NCBI RefSeq assembly: GCF_018977255.1
Contig: NW_024704742.1
Location: 30,444,001-30,508,000 of the forward strand
Length of the DNA: 64,000 nucleotides
From: Callorhinchus milii
Lineage: Eukaryota
Reading direction: 5' to 3'
Part shown: positions 49,869 through 63,560 of the stretch, piece after piece
Numbering within the stretch: position 1 is the first letter of the stretch
Layout of the letters: each line of letters opens with the position of its first letter
Notes under the pieces: generated by a model
Database searches by the model: none
What the model was told of the DNA's origin: nothing
Seen by the model: the letters and a program-made list of their open reading frames with translations, nothing else
Made by a program: the position numbers and the translations under genes

Positions 49869-52133
49869 TTTGTTGAGATGTCTAGGTCAGAACAAGTTTG
49901 AATCTTCATAGAAATAAAGTCACTATCGATTCCCATTACCCTGTATGGAATTAACAATCTAATGTTACTGATGTAATTTGACAGTGACCTATATACTTTC
50001 CACCTTGCTGATCAAGCTGCACCACTCTGTTATCTGGTGCTAACTACTGAAGGTAATTGGGTGGGAACTAATTGGATTACGCTGTTAAATCAAAGAGGTT
50101 TTGAAATACTGTAGTCATTTGTGTCCGAATGGCCAAAATCGTTAAAAAGTGAAATAATAACAAAATAAGAACTACTTGAAATATGAGAATGTGGAAACGA
50201 CAGTAAAATATAAAAGAGGTCAGTGAGCAAGTGCACCGAGGGAATGGCATTTAAACATGTGTTCACTGCTAATGGGCTATTGAAGCATCCACTAAAATAT
50301 TAATGAGGATGAATAGTGGCAGGAAAATACTGTTAAAAGGAATTACACTAGATAGGTGACAACTAAATTGTTAACAGCAAATATCAACAACAACAACAAA
50401 ATTATATTTGTAAAGCGCCTTTCACGTCAGGAGGACATCCCAAGGCGCTGAAACATACGATAGGAGCAAAATCAACTTGATTTTGGAGACACAGCTCCAG
50501 GCTTCTTTGATTGGCCTCCAGAGAGGCCAGCAGCTGCTGCTTAAACTCTGCAACTCCAACTGGCGGAAACATTGCTCAACGGTAGGGGACATGTACCCGA
50601 GCTGCGGACACGAAGAAGGCGGCAATACTTTCATGCATTTCATGAGATGTGTTGCCCACCGGGAAGCTCGCAGGCAGTTCCTGGAACCTACCAGCCACCT
50701 AGTGAGGGCTCAAACTCGTGCTTGACAGATGTCGAATGACCAACTAGTGGCTATCCTCCTTCGGGGAAAGTAAGCAGAGTCTCCTTGGAGCTGAACTGGC
50801 CAAAGCTGGTGGTGGTGGGTCCACAGAGCGATTGCTATATCAACAGATCCCACATTATATATCCAACTGTACCAAACTCTATAAAAATGGAAATTCTTCT
50901 TTCTTCAATTATCACCTGCCAGAAAGATCACTTCTAATAGGACTAAGATGGACAGATTTTAGTTCAGCTTCTCAGTAGAACCTCACCTTGTGGACAACTC
51001 ATTAATGAGGCAAAATCTCTATTCAGACCAGACCAAATCCCTGACTGTCCAGCGCCTTGGAACATCTCCCTGACATGAAAGGCGCGATACAAATGTGATT
51101 TTGTATTGTATTGTATTGTTTCATTGCGGGCTCCTCGAATACAAGAGTAGAAACCCTGCAACTGTGAGAGTTAGAGGATTAAAATGTATCATTTTCAGCA
51201 ATACAACATGAGTGCCATATAATAATAATCTTGGCATTTGATATAACGCCATATCACGTCATCGAGATGTCTCAAAGTTTCACAGGATATACTGTAAAGT
51301 GGATTGACTGTGTATATTGTGGGCGAAACAGTAATATATAATCACAGTGAGGCTGCACTGGTAATACCATTCTTCCCTTGTGCTTTTTCACCATTCTCCG
51401 AAGTACAATCGGAAGAAATTTCAACAGATGTTGGAGAAACTAGCTGAAAAGCAATGAACTGTATCTGTTGATGTGAATTTTAAACAGTATCCATAATCTA
51501 CACTGTGACTGTCTTTATAGTATCTTACACTTCAGAGCTCTTTTCAAATTTCTCTTCAACCTATCCCATTTACCCCTCCTCTGAAGCAACTCTCTTATCC
51601 TTTCATGGTAGGGCTTATTTGGAGTTTGCCTACAAATACACAGTTACTACCATTGACAGCAATTACCTCTGAATACACTTTGAGACATTTAATGTTATAG
51701 GCTCTATATCAATTGCAAGGATTGGCAATCATTATGCTATTTAATTTGGTCAGACGAGAGTAATAATATTGCTTTTACATTGCTAATTTGTCTTACTACT
51801 GAAACTATTAGCAATGTAAAGTTTTCACATTCATGAGATATGATTTTGTAATAAAGAGTGTGTTGGGGCTGGAACGAGTAAGCTCAAGACGTCCTATGAT
51901 GATGTCAAGGTGCTCATTCGTGTATGTGCAAAAAACCACGGATATAACTTTCTTGTCAATCTTATCAAGAGTTTTTATGAAAAAACCTGGGAGCAAAAAG
52001 TAGCCTGATTTTCAGACATATCAACAGTCTTCCTCTGCTGTTATGTGACATCTTGACGTCATTCCAACATTGATGTTAGAAAGACATCTTTACATAGGTG
52101 GAGTATCAATTACTACAGGTCCACAGCCTGTGT

Positions 52134-52698
52134 CAGGGTGGCCAAACCTTTTGGGTGTTGACGGCATTTGAGAAATGTCCACGAGCAATATTTTTCTTTT
52201 TCCCTTCCAGAAACATAAAAGAAATATAAATAAATAAAAAATAAAAAAACATACAGAAATCCTATGTTTAAAATTGTGTGACTCTATTATTTAATAATGA
52301 TCATCTCAAATGGAAATATATCCATCACATTTTTTAATGTATTAAAGTCAAAAGACCAGATATCCACTCAGCATATGGAGGCCCCTATAGAGATTGCTCA
52401 ACAAAACCAACACAGATTTATCCATTAATTTCAAAACTAACTCTGGACTCCCTCAACACAGCAAGCAAACAAGGCACTGAGGTTTTCCATTACTTTCAAC
52501 AAACAAGTAATCCACTTCCCACTTACACTATTTTCCACATCTACCTTACTGAGACTCCTAGTTCTGTAGTTTTAGAATTGCAAAATATTCCTGCTGCTGC
52601 TTGCTGTGTCTCACCAGGTTGCACAAGGCTTGAGGCAGTGCGAAATGTGATGGGAAGGGACGGGTTGTGGCCCGTGGGCCACCTGTTGGATCACGCTG
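52134..52698. mobile_element. Non-autonomous hAT-like DNA transposon remnant
   Basis: Termini cagggtggccaaaccttttgg and ggcccgtgggccacctgttggatcacgctg; the 8-bp flanks gcctgtgt and ccctatgt match 6/8. Confidence 0.55.
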
Positions 52699-54580
52699 CC
52701 CTATGTAAAGAAACAGGGAGTTTCTGGAGGTGTACAACCTGTGTAAAGACATGGCAACAAAATATTTATCCAATCTGGCTGCTCATAACAGGAAATAAAA
52801 TCAATATGAGAGCGTGTCTCTTACACAAATGACATGTCAGCATAATCCCTTTGCTTGGGACCCATCAGCTGCCCCCTCCCCCAAACAGGATCATTCAGAG
52901 CCATCTCTTCCTCCTTTCTGACAGAATCTTGCTTCTTCTTATCCCTGTGGCTGCCCTGCCATCTATCTAATAAATTATTTTATACCAAGTTACAATTCGG
53001 TGACATGAATATTAATTGCGACCTAGAATCCAAACTGACTGTAAAGCACCAGTGACAGTGGTGGATGGTTCTAAATGGCATCACGTTATCACAGACACAA
53101 AAACTCACATTCTCCCTGACTGTTTTTTATGTGCATTGCTTGAATGGGGAGACAGAGAATTCATGGGTAGACAGAGAGTTCATGGGTAGAAACACCACCT
53201 AGGTCTAGTTTTACTCTATTAATATAGCATTTAAGAGCATCTCGAATTTGGCAAATTCTTATATAATTTTGAATCAGGTCCCTCATCAAAAATAATCTGG
53301 AATACTGCTTGCCTTGAGTACTGGACTATTAAGACTACCACAGAAGATCTTACATACTATTGTCAGGCAAGTTACCTTAGAGCCAGCTTATCCCGAAAGA
53401 GGTCCACTTATGGAATCATTAAAATTTACAGTGAAGAAGGAGACCATTTGGCCCATCAGCTCTGGACCGGTTCTCAGAGCCAGCTCTACTATAATCCCCC
53501 TGCCCTATCCCCATACTCCTTGAAGCCTATAACTTTCATATACGTATCTACTTTGCTTTTGAAACCCACAATGGACTCTGCCTCTACCACCTTACCTTGG
53601 CAGGTAAACATCTCAACAGGTCTCTATGTGAATAAAATTCTCCTTTCTTCCCCTCTCTTCTTCTGGAGAACAGTACTGTAGTTTTTAGAGCCACTCAACC
53701 AAGACACCAATTTCCTGTTACACTGTTCTCATCCCTTGGGTGAAGAAGGGAGGTCAGGCCAAATGCAGCACTCATCCTTGACCTGTGGTCCCTTAAGCTC
53801 CAATGGTACTAGAGAAAGAAAGACTGAGAGGAGAAGGGCAACAGGATCTACATTTGATACCCAGTGGTTTACAGGTGAGGATTTGGCTGTAATCCTGTCT
53901 GAGATGCGACAGATCTGGTTATCAACAAGCAGAATCAGAACCAACAACAACAACTTGTGTTTATATAGCACCCTTCACGCAATGTCTTGAAGTGCTTAAA
54001 CCAATTGTAAGTATCTAACATTTTGCATTAAGAATAACTTCCATTTAAAAGGAACCTTTTGTGCTCGACCAAACCCAGCAGCAGACACTGAGCAGGGAAA
54101 TGCTACCATTTAAAGATATTGAGTAAAGGCACAGTCAAACCTATACAAGTTAAAACAGGAGGATCCTCAAGCTCTGAACTCTGGACGTGCAGCAGATTTA
54201 TGTCTGTCAACCTGCTGCACACAACAGGATTCCACTGGAGTGGAGCCTGCGTGGTAATGTCCACACTCCAAAGGGTAACGACATGCAAATCTTCTTGCTA
54301 ATCCTTCTTAATTTTAATGCCAGAATCTGAAAATCCTGTAAACCAATTTGCTGGGGTGCAATACACTGTTTTCTTTGAAAAAAAGTACCTGGGCAACCTC
54401 ATTGTGATGGATTGCTATTATGGGTATTAAAAGTCTTTTATTTCCAGTGCTACAGGCAGGCAAATCAGCAAACAGCAACTATAAATGCCCTGGGAATAAC
54501 CATCATTATCCCTGCCAGATTTCAGGAATTTAAACTACTTCTGGTGCAGTAAAAATTTCAGCTTGTACACAAGTCCTTGT

Positions 54581-54901
54581 GGAGTCCTGTAGCTCAGTGG
54601 TTAGAGCACTCGCCTTGCAAGCAGAGACCTGGGTTCAATTCCAGGCAAGGCGAAACCTTGGGCAAGTTTCCTTACTCCACACGCCTAATAATAATCCCTC
54701 CAAAACAAAACAATGATAAATTGATCATTTTCAATCCACAACTGTTTGTGGGACACTGCTGTGCGCAATTGGCTGCCACGTTTCGCCCACAAATATACAG
54801 TCAATTCACTTTACAGTCTATTCTGTGAAGCGCTTTGAGATGTCGAGAAGATGTGAAAAGCGCTATATCAAATGCAAGGATTATTATTATTATATTATTA
54901 T
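54581..54901 (+). mobile_element. tRNA-Ala-headed SINE, short form
   Basis: ggagtcctgtagctcagtggttagagcactcgccttgcaagc...ggttcaattcc; tail aagcgctttgagatgtcgagaagatgtgaaaagcgct...(TTA)n. Confidence 0.93.
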
Positions 54902-55569
54902 AAGTCCTCCGTTTAAACTGCAGTTATGCATTAAAATGCTTAACAAAATAATGGGAGATAAGATTTGATGCATTGTTTAAAAATAAAGTCCTTGAGAAAC
55001 ATCATCATAGACAGTTTACTCTGCATATTCATCCCTCACATCAATTTGAGACTGCACAGTTCAAAAAGAAACCAACACACATCAACAGTATGGCTTTAGA
55101 GGGCAAGCCTGGAAATTAATCTGGAATTCAAAGCGAGATCCATTCAGAACAACCTGCAGTATAAATTCTGTGCTTTAAGTGGGGCGGTGAAACTTATCAC
55201 CTTTTTGCCTGATTGTGCACCCTCCGTGTCGTTTGCCTGCACACAAGTGGTCACTATACTTGACAGTAAAATCCTTGAAGCACTTCAAAAGGAGGTGGCA
55301 AATCATTTCTATTAATAAATGTCCCAAAGATTTGTGCATTAGATTTGATAAACTATCGCCGAGGGAGATAGAAAGAGGTAGTGTTCATGTAATTGATAAC
55401 CAGATTTAACGTTGTATTGCGTTCTTGCCTGATTATCAACAGTGTGTCTTTTCTGGTTACTTTTCCAGGCTATTTAATCTTGTTGAGCTCCAGGGAATCA
55501 ATATGTCTGTATTGCTTGGAATTCAGGTACATCTCTGTACTCCAGCTAGTACTTTGACAGTCTTGTTGA

Positions 55570-55882
55570 TATTGTGATTTCACTCCTACCTATCACAATA
55601 TCATCACTTTGTCTCTTCTCATGTCTCCTTCTGTCTGCCACATGGCCATGTGTGGTGTTTGTCAGGGTTCAATCTTGGTGAAATGATCAACAAGCATGGG
55701 ATCCACTTACAAGTGTACACAGACAATACCCAACCCTATTCTGTGCCACTGCCCTCAACTCCACGATCACTGCTGTTCTGACAGACTGCCTGTCAGACAT
55801 CAAGTCCTGGATAATAATGCTTACATTTGATAATAGTGCCCAACGTGAAAGGCGCTATACAAATGTAATCTTGTTGTTGTTG
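55570..55882 (+). mobile_element. Degraded L2 RT fragment joined to an L2 tail
   Basis: YADDTQ-like tacacagacaatacccaa and gactgcctgtcagacatcaagtcctgg; tail at about 55840-55882. Confidence 0.7.
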
Positions 55883-55919
55883 ATCACGTTGATGAGTGTA
55901 TATTGAAGATATGTAGACA

Positions 55920-56231
55920 GGGCGAAATCGAAATGTTGGGCAAGTTTTCTTGCTCCACATGCCTCTGTTTACCTTGTAGTAAATAGGAACTCGGTTTTTT
56001 GTCGATTGGTGGATCGCTTTTCTGGGGATAATAATCCCTCAAAAAAAAATACAATAATAATTTGGTCACTCAATCAATGACTGTTTGTGGGACACTGCTG
56101 TACGCAATTGGCTGCTGCGTTTCGCCCACAAATATACAGTCAACTCACTTTACAGTATATTCTGTGAAGCGCTTTGAGACGTCTAGAAGATGTGAAAAGC
56201 GCTATACCAAATACAAGGATTACTATTATTA
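55920..56231 (+). mobile_element. SINE, long form, head truncated
   Basis: Central and 3' parts match 8148-8522. Further partial 3' copies at about 1710, 12170, 16547, 26515, 51220, 56990, 58668 and 63855. Confidence 0.85.
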
Positions 56232-58395
56232 TAGAATATATTGTAAAGTGGATTGACTGAGTATTTTGTGGGCCAAACATGGCATCCAATTGTGGACAGC
56301 AAAGTCCTACAAACAGCCAAGGATGAGCCCCAAGTTTCTCCAACTCAAAGTTGGTAAAACAGACAATCCTGCTCATCTCCCATCAGCACCTCCTCAACTC
56401 AGGCACTGACTAGATGAACCTCCCATGTAGCTCACTCCAGCCATGGAACCTGTGCAGAATTCCTCTAGTTACTCCCTCCACTCTACCAATCCTGGCTTGC
56501 TTCCTGCCCCCACCCACGCACTCCCTCACATCATCTATGGAAAAGCTTTTAGTCATTTTGTCCTGGAATTAAAGTTGGCTTTATGACCTTATCTATCTAG
56601 GATCATTGGCAATCTCTGAGGTTCTTGAATCCAAGTTTCCTCATAATCTGGTGCTCCATGTGTCTACTGTACTCCCTGGGCCTCTACTAATTTGCTCACT
56701 TTTTGGGCACCAATTTGTGTTAAATCACACAATTGTGTCTAAACCTTTATCTGTTTTGTTAATCAAAGAAGTGTGTGACTGTGGAGTTAATGGCTTAATC
56801 TGTTCTGTTCTGAAAAGATCTGCGTTAGCTTGTGAATGAAACAAGATGGAAATGAACTAGTTCAGTTGGCGGAGTAGAGGGAGGGGCTGGGAAGTTGTCA
56901 CCGTTCTCCCTTTGCACTTCAGTATGAGATTTCTTGTTTTGGGCTTCACGTATACTATCTACAAATAGGAGAGGGCATTTTGTTTCCCCTGTTTGTGGGA
57001 CACCGCTGTGTGCAGTTGGCTTCCAGGTTTCGCCCACAAAATGTACAGGCCAATTTACTTTACAATATATTCTGTGAAATGCTTTGAGATGTCTCAACGA
57101 CTCGATAAGGCACTATTTCAAATGCAAAGATTATTATTAGTAGTATTAATTAAAATAAATGAAGTAAATAAAAGAAAATGTTTAGACATGAACATAATTA
57201 AAATATTGTTTTATTTAACATTTCCACTTCCCCAAATTTGTGTATTTAAAAAATATGTGTGTGTATGTATATATATATATATTACAGGAGATAGGGAATT
57301 CCACTGAAGGCAAACTCTTGGGATCTTCCTTTGAATTAGATCAAGCACCTGATGGAGTTTACCCAGAGAAAAGTACAAAGATATGTTTACTATCTGCTTT
57401 AATCAAATCCCTTTTAAGTACTTTGCTGGGATACATTTTTAATTAAACATGCTTCATTTTAAATTAAATATCTAGTAGGATTCTGATTATTTACAGCAAC
57501 TCAGAATTATAAATTCAGAGCGAAGCTGGGCGCCGCACTGGGGCACGATATGGTATAAGCAGAGCAAACAGCTTCGGAAGTTGAATGGCCTTTTCTCGTC
57601 CTTGACTTTTCTTGAGTTCTTAAGTGCTGCCCAATATAATGTTAATTATTTCCCCACAGAATCGTAATTGAATTACTATGATATATCAATGAAGCAATAA
57701 ATTATTTGCCACTTACTCTGCCTTATGAGCATGTCAATTTCTTTACATGTATTTGCTTTTCCTATTACCTGCATGCCAGTCCCATATGCCACTGTTCGTC
57801 TGTCTACTTGCAAGTAAAGTATCCTTGTCAACCTTTTTAACCCCACTCCTGACTGGAGGGAGGGAACAACTAACCTGACCGAGAGAGAGGAGACTGGATA
57901 CAAAGTGTGGACAAAGTGGGGTTTGGCAGAAAGACAGGGAGATTAAGTTGGAATATAATTCACATTTGCATGGTACCTTTCAAGTAAAACAAACATCTCA
58001 AAGCACTTTGCAGAATGAGATTAATGAGAGATGATTATTTTTTTCCAGAGGCAAAAGTAGCAGCTAATCTGTGCCAACAGCATCTCACCAACGATAGCCA
58101 ATTAACCTGAGTTTTTAAGAGTGCATTTGGACAAAGAAGAATTTGGACACAGAAAAAGATCAGTTTCAGGTTTGGATCAGGAAAGGTATTGATTAAAGAC
58201 AGTAAGCAGATTGGTGTAGCAAGGAGAGATCTATCTTCACAGTGGGAATAAATGTGTGGGCTGAACATAGAGTGGAAATTATTCTCTGTAGAGAAACGAC
58301 GATTTAAAGCAAGAAAGGAAGCAGTGAATTTAGGCAGCAAAGCATTCAATAGATATAGTCAGGGAAGGGTTTGCATAAAATTTGTTGCATAAAAT

Positions 58396-58642
58396 CTGGA
58401 ACTTCATCCCCCAGTGCCTTCGCCTTGCTTCCTCCCTTTCCTCCTTCAAGGCCGGTCTCAAGACCTTTCTCTTCGACCGTGCCTTCAGCTCCCCTCTCGA
58501 CTCTCTACCCCCTCCTCACTCCCTCCCTTCCCTCCCCTCACCCTAACTATTTCCCTCCTGCTCGGGTCCCGACCCAACCGTCCAGCGCCTTGGGATGTCC
58601 TCCCGACGTGAAAGGCGCTCTATAAATGAAATCTTGTTGTTG
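58396..58642 (+). mobile_element. L2 3' end, same subfamily as the 3884-6738 copy
   Basis: Near-identical to 6587-6735 and continues into a complete tail. Confidence 0.92.
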
Positions 58643-60559
58643 TGTTATTATTAGTAAGTAATAAACTGGTCAATCAATCCATGACCATTTGTGGAACAGT
58701 GTTGTGTACAATTGGCTGATGCGTTTCACCCACAAAATATGCAGTCACTACACTTTACAGTATATTCTGTGAAGTGCTTTGAGATGTCTTGAAGACGTGA
58801 TAAGGCGCTATAGCAAATGCAAGGATTATTATTATCTACAACCGCTGCTCATTCTACAGAATCACACTCTTAACTGTAACACAACTGCAATGTCACTTAC
58901 ATTTGCTGAATTGCTTTTCACTCTAATAATCATTCCTTCTGATACTCTGTCCCTGGTTCTTTGATTAAAAAAACCTTGCCACAAGTGCCCCTGATCTATG
59001 ACTTACACTCTGTGCGTTTGACAATAAAATCACATCCCCACCACCCAATTTACATTTTCAGGTGACAAAAGAGCCTCTCCTCATACCTCAGCAATCAATA
59101 TCTGCAAATATCAATATCTGCAAAACATCTCTGTTGAATTAAGATATTCCTGTAACTGAAGGTACAGCAATTAAAACCGGATAGATTTTTATGTGCAAGT
59201 CCATAAACAAATAATAGTACTCTGCTCTTTTCTTTGGGATCATCCCTTTTGTGCACACCAGGGCAAGGATTGACAATGTTCAGAAAGAAAATAATTAACT
59301 ATTTGGGGCCACTCTGGGGTCTAAAATGCAGAATTCAGAAATAGTTTTATCTTGCTAATAACTAGTTATGGTTCATACCAATATGCAGAATGACACTCCG
59401 ATCCATTTTCCTTCTGGACATGTCAGAGGGGGTTCCTACAGGTTGGCATCTGGTTAGCATCAGGATTTAGTACTTCCAAATCCTAGTGCAATTCTGATTA
59501 ACTCTACTGCATTTAGAACTCTTTCCCCTTCACCAGTATTACCATCGAACATTGCCAACAACAGTTAGATGTAGAATAAAATTTGTTTACTCTGAACACA
59601 TGTTAGAACTGCACCAATTTGCACCAATTTCCAGTTGGCCATAGAAAATAGCATTTTCCACTGGGTGTAAACTGGGTTGAGAATGTCAAAACATAGTTCA
59701 CATGGGGCCCTCATAGTCAACAGACAGAGGATACTTGCATTGAATCAGTCTAAGCTGTATTTGATCCCACTGCTCAGAGATGAAAAACATCCAAACCATT
59801 GCACAATCAGTCCCTCGCCTGTTACTTCTTTGGGCTTTACAGAATGGAGTTTCTCCCTAACCCTAACCCAGGCCAACAATCGCCCAGATATAGTTAGTCA
59901 TTAACTTCATGACTATTTGTGGGTCATCCTGCACACAAAATCGGATGCCATATTCATCCACAAAATACACAGTCACTACACTTGACGTAAAAATTCTGTG
60001 AATCATGCAGTTAGTGACATTTTTACACAATAAGGAGCTATCTTAAATGCAGGGATTATTTATTTTGCATAAGCAGCTGATGGCCAACCTCCACATTGTT
60101 TGTTTCAATAAGCACAGCTTCACTCAGTGAAGTCAGATTGATTCGATCACACAATGCCCCAAACCTTTCTTTGCTCCACAAGCTCTACCCTGTGATCGTA
60201 ATTATGATGCACTATCAGTATCAAGTACCAATTCCCAGTTGCTTGCCCAGATTCTCTGTAGTTTCTGTATCGGAGACCTATCCTGCGTGAAGGGTGCTAT
60301 ATAAATGCAAGTCGTTGTTGCGGTTCTATTTGAAGAATGCATTCTCTAAAACTTATAATTCAACCCCAAAAATCATGAAATGTCCGAAAGTAAAAAGGTT
60401 GCCTGGGATCACAAGTTATAGGTTTGAGCTATTTCTTAACCAAAACCTGAAAACTCCAACAGAAGGTCAGAAGTAAACAGTGGACACCAAATAGCCTTTT
60501 CTGGCATTCAAGGTAACAATTTATTTGGTTGCTTTAAGACCACTTTCATGCACAAAATC

Positions 60560-63500
60560 CAAATTGCAATTAGCACACGGACTTCTAGTATGCAAATGGT
60601 TCATTTTAAAGCCCAGGCTAAAGTTTTCCACAAATCTAGTTTACTTCCTTCCCTAAACTAGAACATTTTTCTTACCATGTTCTCCGAAATGATAATTCAT
60701 AAATATTATCAACAGTAGAGGCCCAAGGCTGATCCCTGCAGCACTCCATCATTCTCTTCTGTGCAACTTGAATCAATTTATAACTCGCCTCAGTGTTTGG
60801 CTGTCAAACTGATTTGCCAACAACTTCTCCCTTGATAACTTGAACCTTTGCTTTAACTGCATTATTTCTGAGAGATCCTGTCACATTCTCAGGGAGTCAA
60901 GATTCATAATATCTCCTGTATTACCTTAATCTACAGTAAAAGCAGAGTTATATGTTCTAAAGAACAGAAAACAGTGAATGGAATTTCCCTTTTCCTGTTG
61001 GGTTTTACTTATATAGCTACTCTCTCATGATTTATGCTTCTACTATTTAGTTTACATCATAGGTCTGGCAACTAAGTTATGAAAATTGATTGCACAGCTG
61101 AAATACACAGTTCATCATTGACACCACTCTCTTTTTTAGTTTGTTCGATGAGAATGATCTTGCCATGGATTCAATTAATGGATGAATCTTAACTCCAAAT
61201 AAGAGCTTTCAGATTATCCTAAACCAGATTAATGTATCAATTGTAAGTTTAGCTCAGTTGGTAACTCTTTTGCCTCTGGGTCTAAAGATTGTGGGTTCAA
61301 GCTCCTGCTTGGAATTTGAGTTCAATACAATGCTGGGTAAATTAGTACATGGTCGGAGGTGTTGCCTTTCACTTCGTAAATTAAACTGAGATTCCCTTTG
61401 CTGTTTAAGTGGACATTAGAAATCCCATGACAATATTCAAAAAGATAAGGTTGTTTTGTCAGGTGTCCTGACCAACAATTGTCCCCAATTAAGTGGTCAT
61501 TCACTTAATGACTATTTGTGGGAATCTGTTAGTGCAGGTGGCTGCTGTCTTCACCAACAGGAATAGCCAGTAGAGTTAACAGTAATTACTTCTGAAGCCC
61601 TTTAAGACATTTCAGAGTGTTAAGACGTTTTAAAACTGCTTACACAATTCATAGTCGCCAGAACCTTTGGTAAGTGCTACTAAGCACTCAGGTTGAGACA
61701 TCCTCCTGACGTGAATTATCCCCACCGAACAACCTAAGATTTCAGCGAGAGTTCTAGATGCTCTTGAATGTTTTGTTTGCTTTGCTATAAATTTTGTTAA
61801 TAAATCTTATTTTCCATCATGACCACTGCAGCTTTGTTTTCCATTTCTCTGTTTTAGTCTTCAATAATTCTCTTAGTAACTCTCAATTTACTTTATATAC
61901 ATTCCAATGGTTTATTCCCTCATGAACCCTTGAAGAATTTAAAAGGAGATTTACCTTCCCACCTTATTCTTGCTTTGAACTCCCTGCTCATTCACTTAAG
62001 TAGTCTTGATCACTTCTGACAATGAAAGAATATAGTTAATTTGTAACCATTCCCGTGAAATGAACTATACTATATTCACATTTATTATTGAAATCCTTCA
62101 AATCTCCATGCAGGTTTTCCCTTTCAATTCATTATTCAATTAATCTTCTCCAGTTCTTTCTGTTCTCTTGGAGGTTGGCATTATACGCCTGGCTCAATTC
62201 ATGGCACTCTTGCCTCTGAGTCAAAAGATTATGGGGTCAAGCTTCACCTCAGGACTTTGAGCTCACAATCTAGGCTCGCACTCCAATGCAATATTGAGTG
62301 TGCGCTGCATTGCTGCAATGCCTAAGATCCTATGGCACTATTCTCTCAGTATCTTAGCCAACAACCACCCAGATTTATTGATCATTCACTTCATGGATGT
62401 TTGTGGGACATTCATCTACAAAATACATAGTCACTACACTTTACAGTACATTTTATGAATCGCTTTGATAAGGTCTTTTGATGTAAAAGGTGCAACATTT
62501 AATGTAAGGATTATTTTATTGTAATTATTGTTCTTGCACTTCATTATGAAGGGTCTTGCCCAGATTGCTTAAACTACATATCTAAAAACACTATGATAAT
62601 CGGTACTTAAGTGATTGCTCATGTCAAGATTGGCATCCATCTCCAGGTCACTGATGAACCTCAGATCCACTAAGAATTCAGCCTATGACTTCTTAAAGAA
62701 CTGAGTCAAATTGAAGTCTCAAACTGGTTCCTTTAGAATGTGACCTTCTCAATTCCCTGGATTAGCCACTGTAGCATGTGATGGTTAAAGCTGCAGTTAG
62801 TATCTCCCTTTTCTCAGATATTAATTTGAAACAAATCTACTTTAATTTGATCCACAGTAGTCCACCATTTCTCCTTATCGGCTTTCAAGCACCAGTATAA
62901 CAAATCCAGTATAACAATTCACCATTTATATTGACTTTGACAACCTCTGAGGTTAGATCAGTATAATCTTTGACAGTTTGGTGTTGTCGACGAATTGAGG
63001 CATTCCGACTGAGATCAGCAAACTAAACAGCATCTGAAGATCAATCCTATGACTTTACCAATATGTTATGTCTCAGCTTCGCATTGAATAAACACACTCA
63101 GCCTTAGGGGGCAAAAGCGCTTCCTTATTAATTTGCACAAAAAAATAATTCATTTTTCGACTGTCATAATTTCTCAGACAGATTCATTTCCTCCACTATT
63201 AAATATTGGAAAATAATCCACATTCTATTAGAATTTCCTATGGTCTTTATCTTATGACGTTTGTGGTCATTTATTTCATCTTGACGTTCATGTCCTTAGC
63301 TTGTTACTTGTCGTCTCTGTCACTCTACTCTTCTTAGAGCAGACCATATTAAAGATTTGATTTTCTGGTTGGTCTCCAGATGAAATCTCTGAATTAATCA
63401 TGCCAGTGGACTATTTATGAACATCAAATCAGCTCTCTACCCCTTCAGTCAAATATTGTACATCAAATTACCAAGTACAATCTTTCATCATTGCTGTAAG

Positions 63501-63560
63501 GGACCAAGAGATCATTATCTTGCACCACTGTCTTGGAATTTCCTTCCCATGCTCTAATTT
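60560..63560 (-). mobile_element. Highly degraded CR1-like ORF2 remnants interleaved with SINEs
   Basis: GVLQGSALGPLLL-like motif at about 60710-60750; the extent beyond this motif is uncertain. Confidence 0.4.
61248..61630 (+). mobile_element. Older Deu-domain SINE
   Basis: tagctcagttggta...gattgtgggttcaag head and Deu block; another copy at about 62188-62518. Confidence 0.75.

Noticed and set aside
53150..53190. Short tandem duplications (19-mer here; similar ones at about 59095 and 59610) as an array
   Set aside because: Only two adjacent units and no spacers; ordinary slippage, not a CRISPR-like array.
53370..53410. VDLFRDKLALR plus donor as the missing INPP4 exon
   Set aside because: In-frame stop immediately upstream, and the upstream sequence is a CR1 tail.
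54581..54650. tRNA-Ala gene
   Set aside because: No proper acceptor stem or terminator; it is the head of a multi-copy SINE.
57770..57875. Exon-like segment with acceptor and donor on the minus strand
   Set aside because: No frame resembles INPP4 proteins; the signals are compatible with chance.
59855..59869. ccctaaccctaaccc telomeric repeat or telomerase template
   Set aside because: Only 2.5 units inside a decayed SINE, with no telomerase RNA context.
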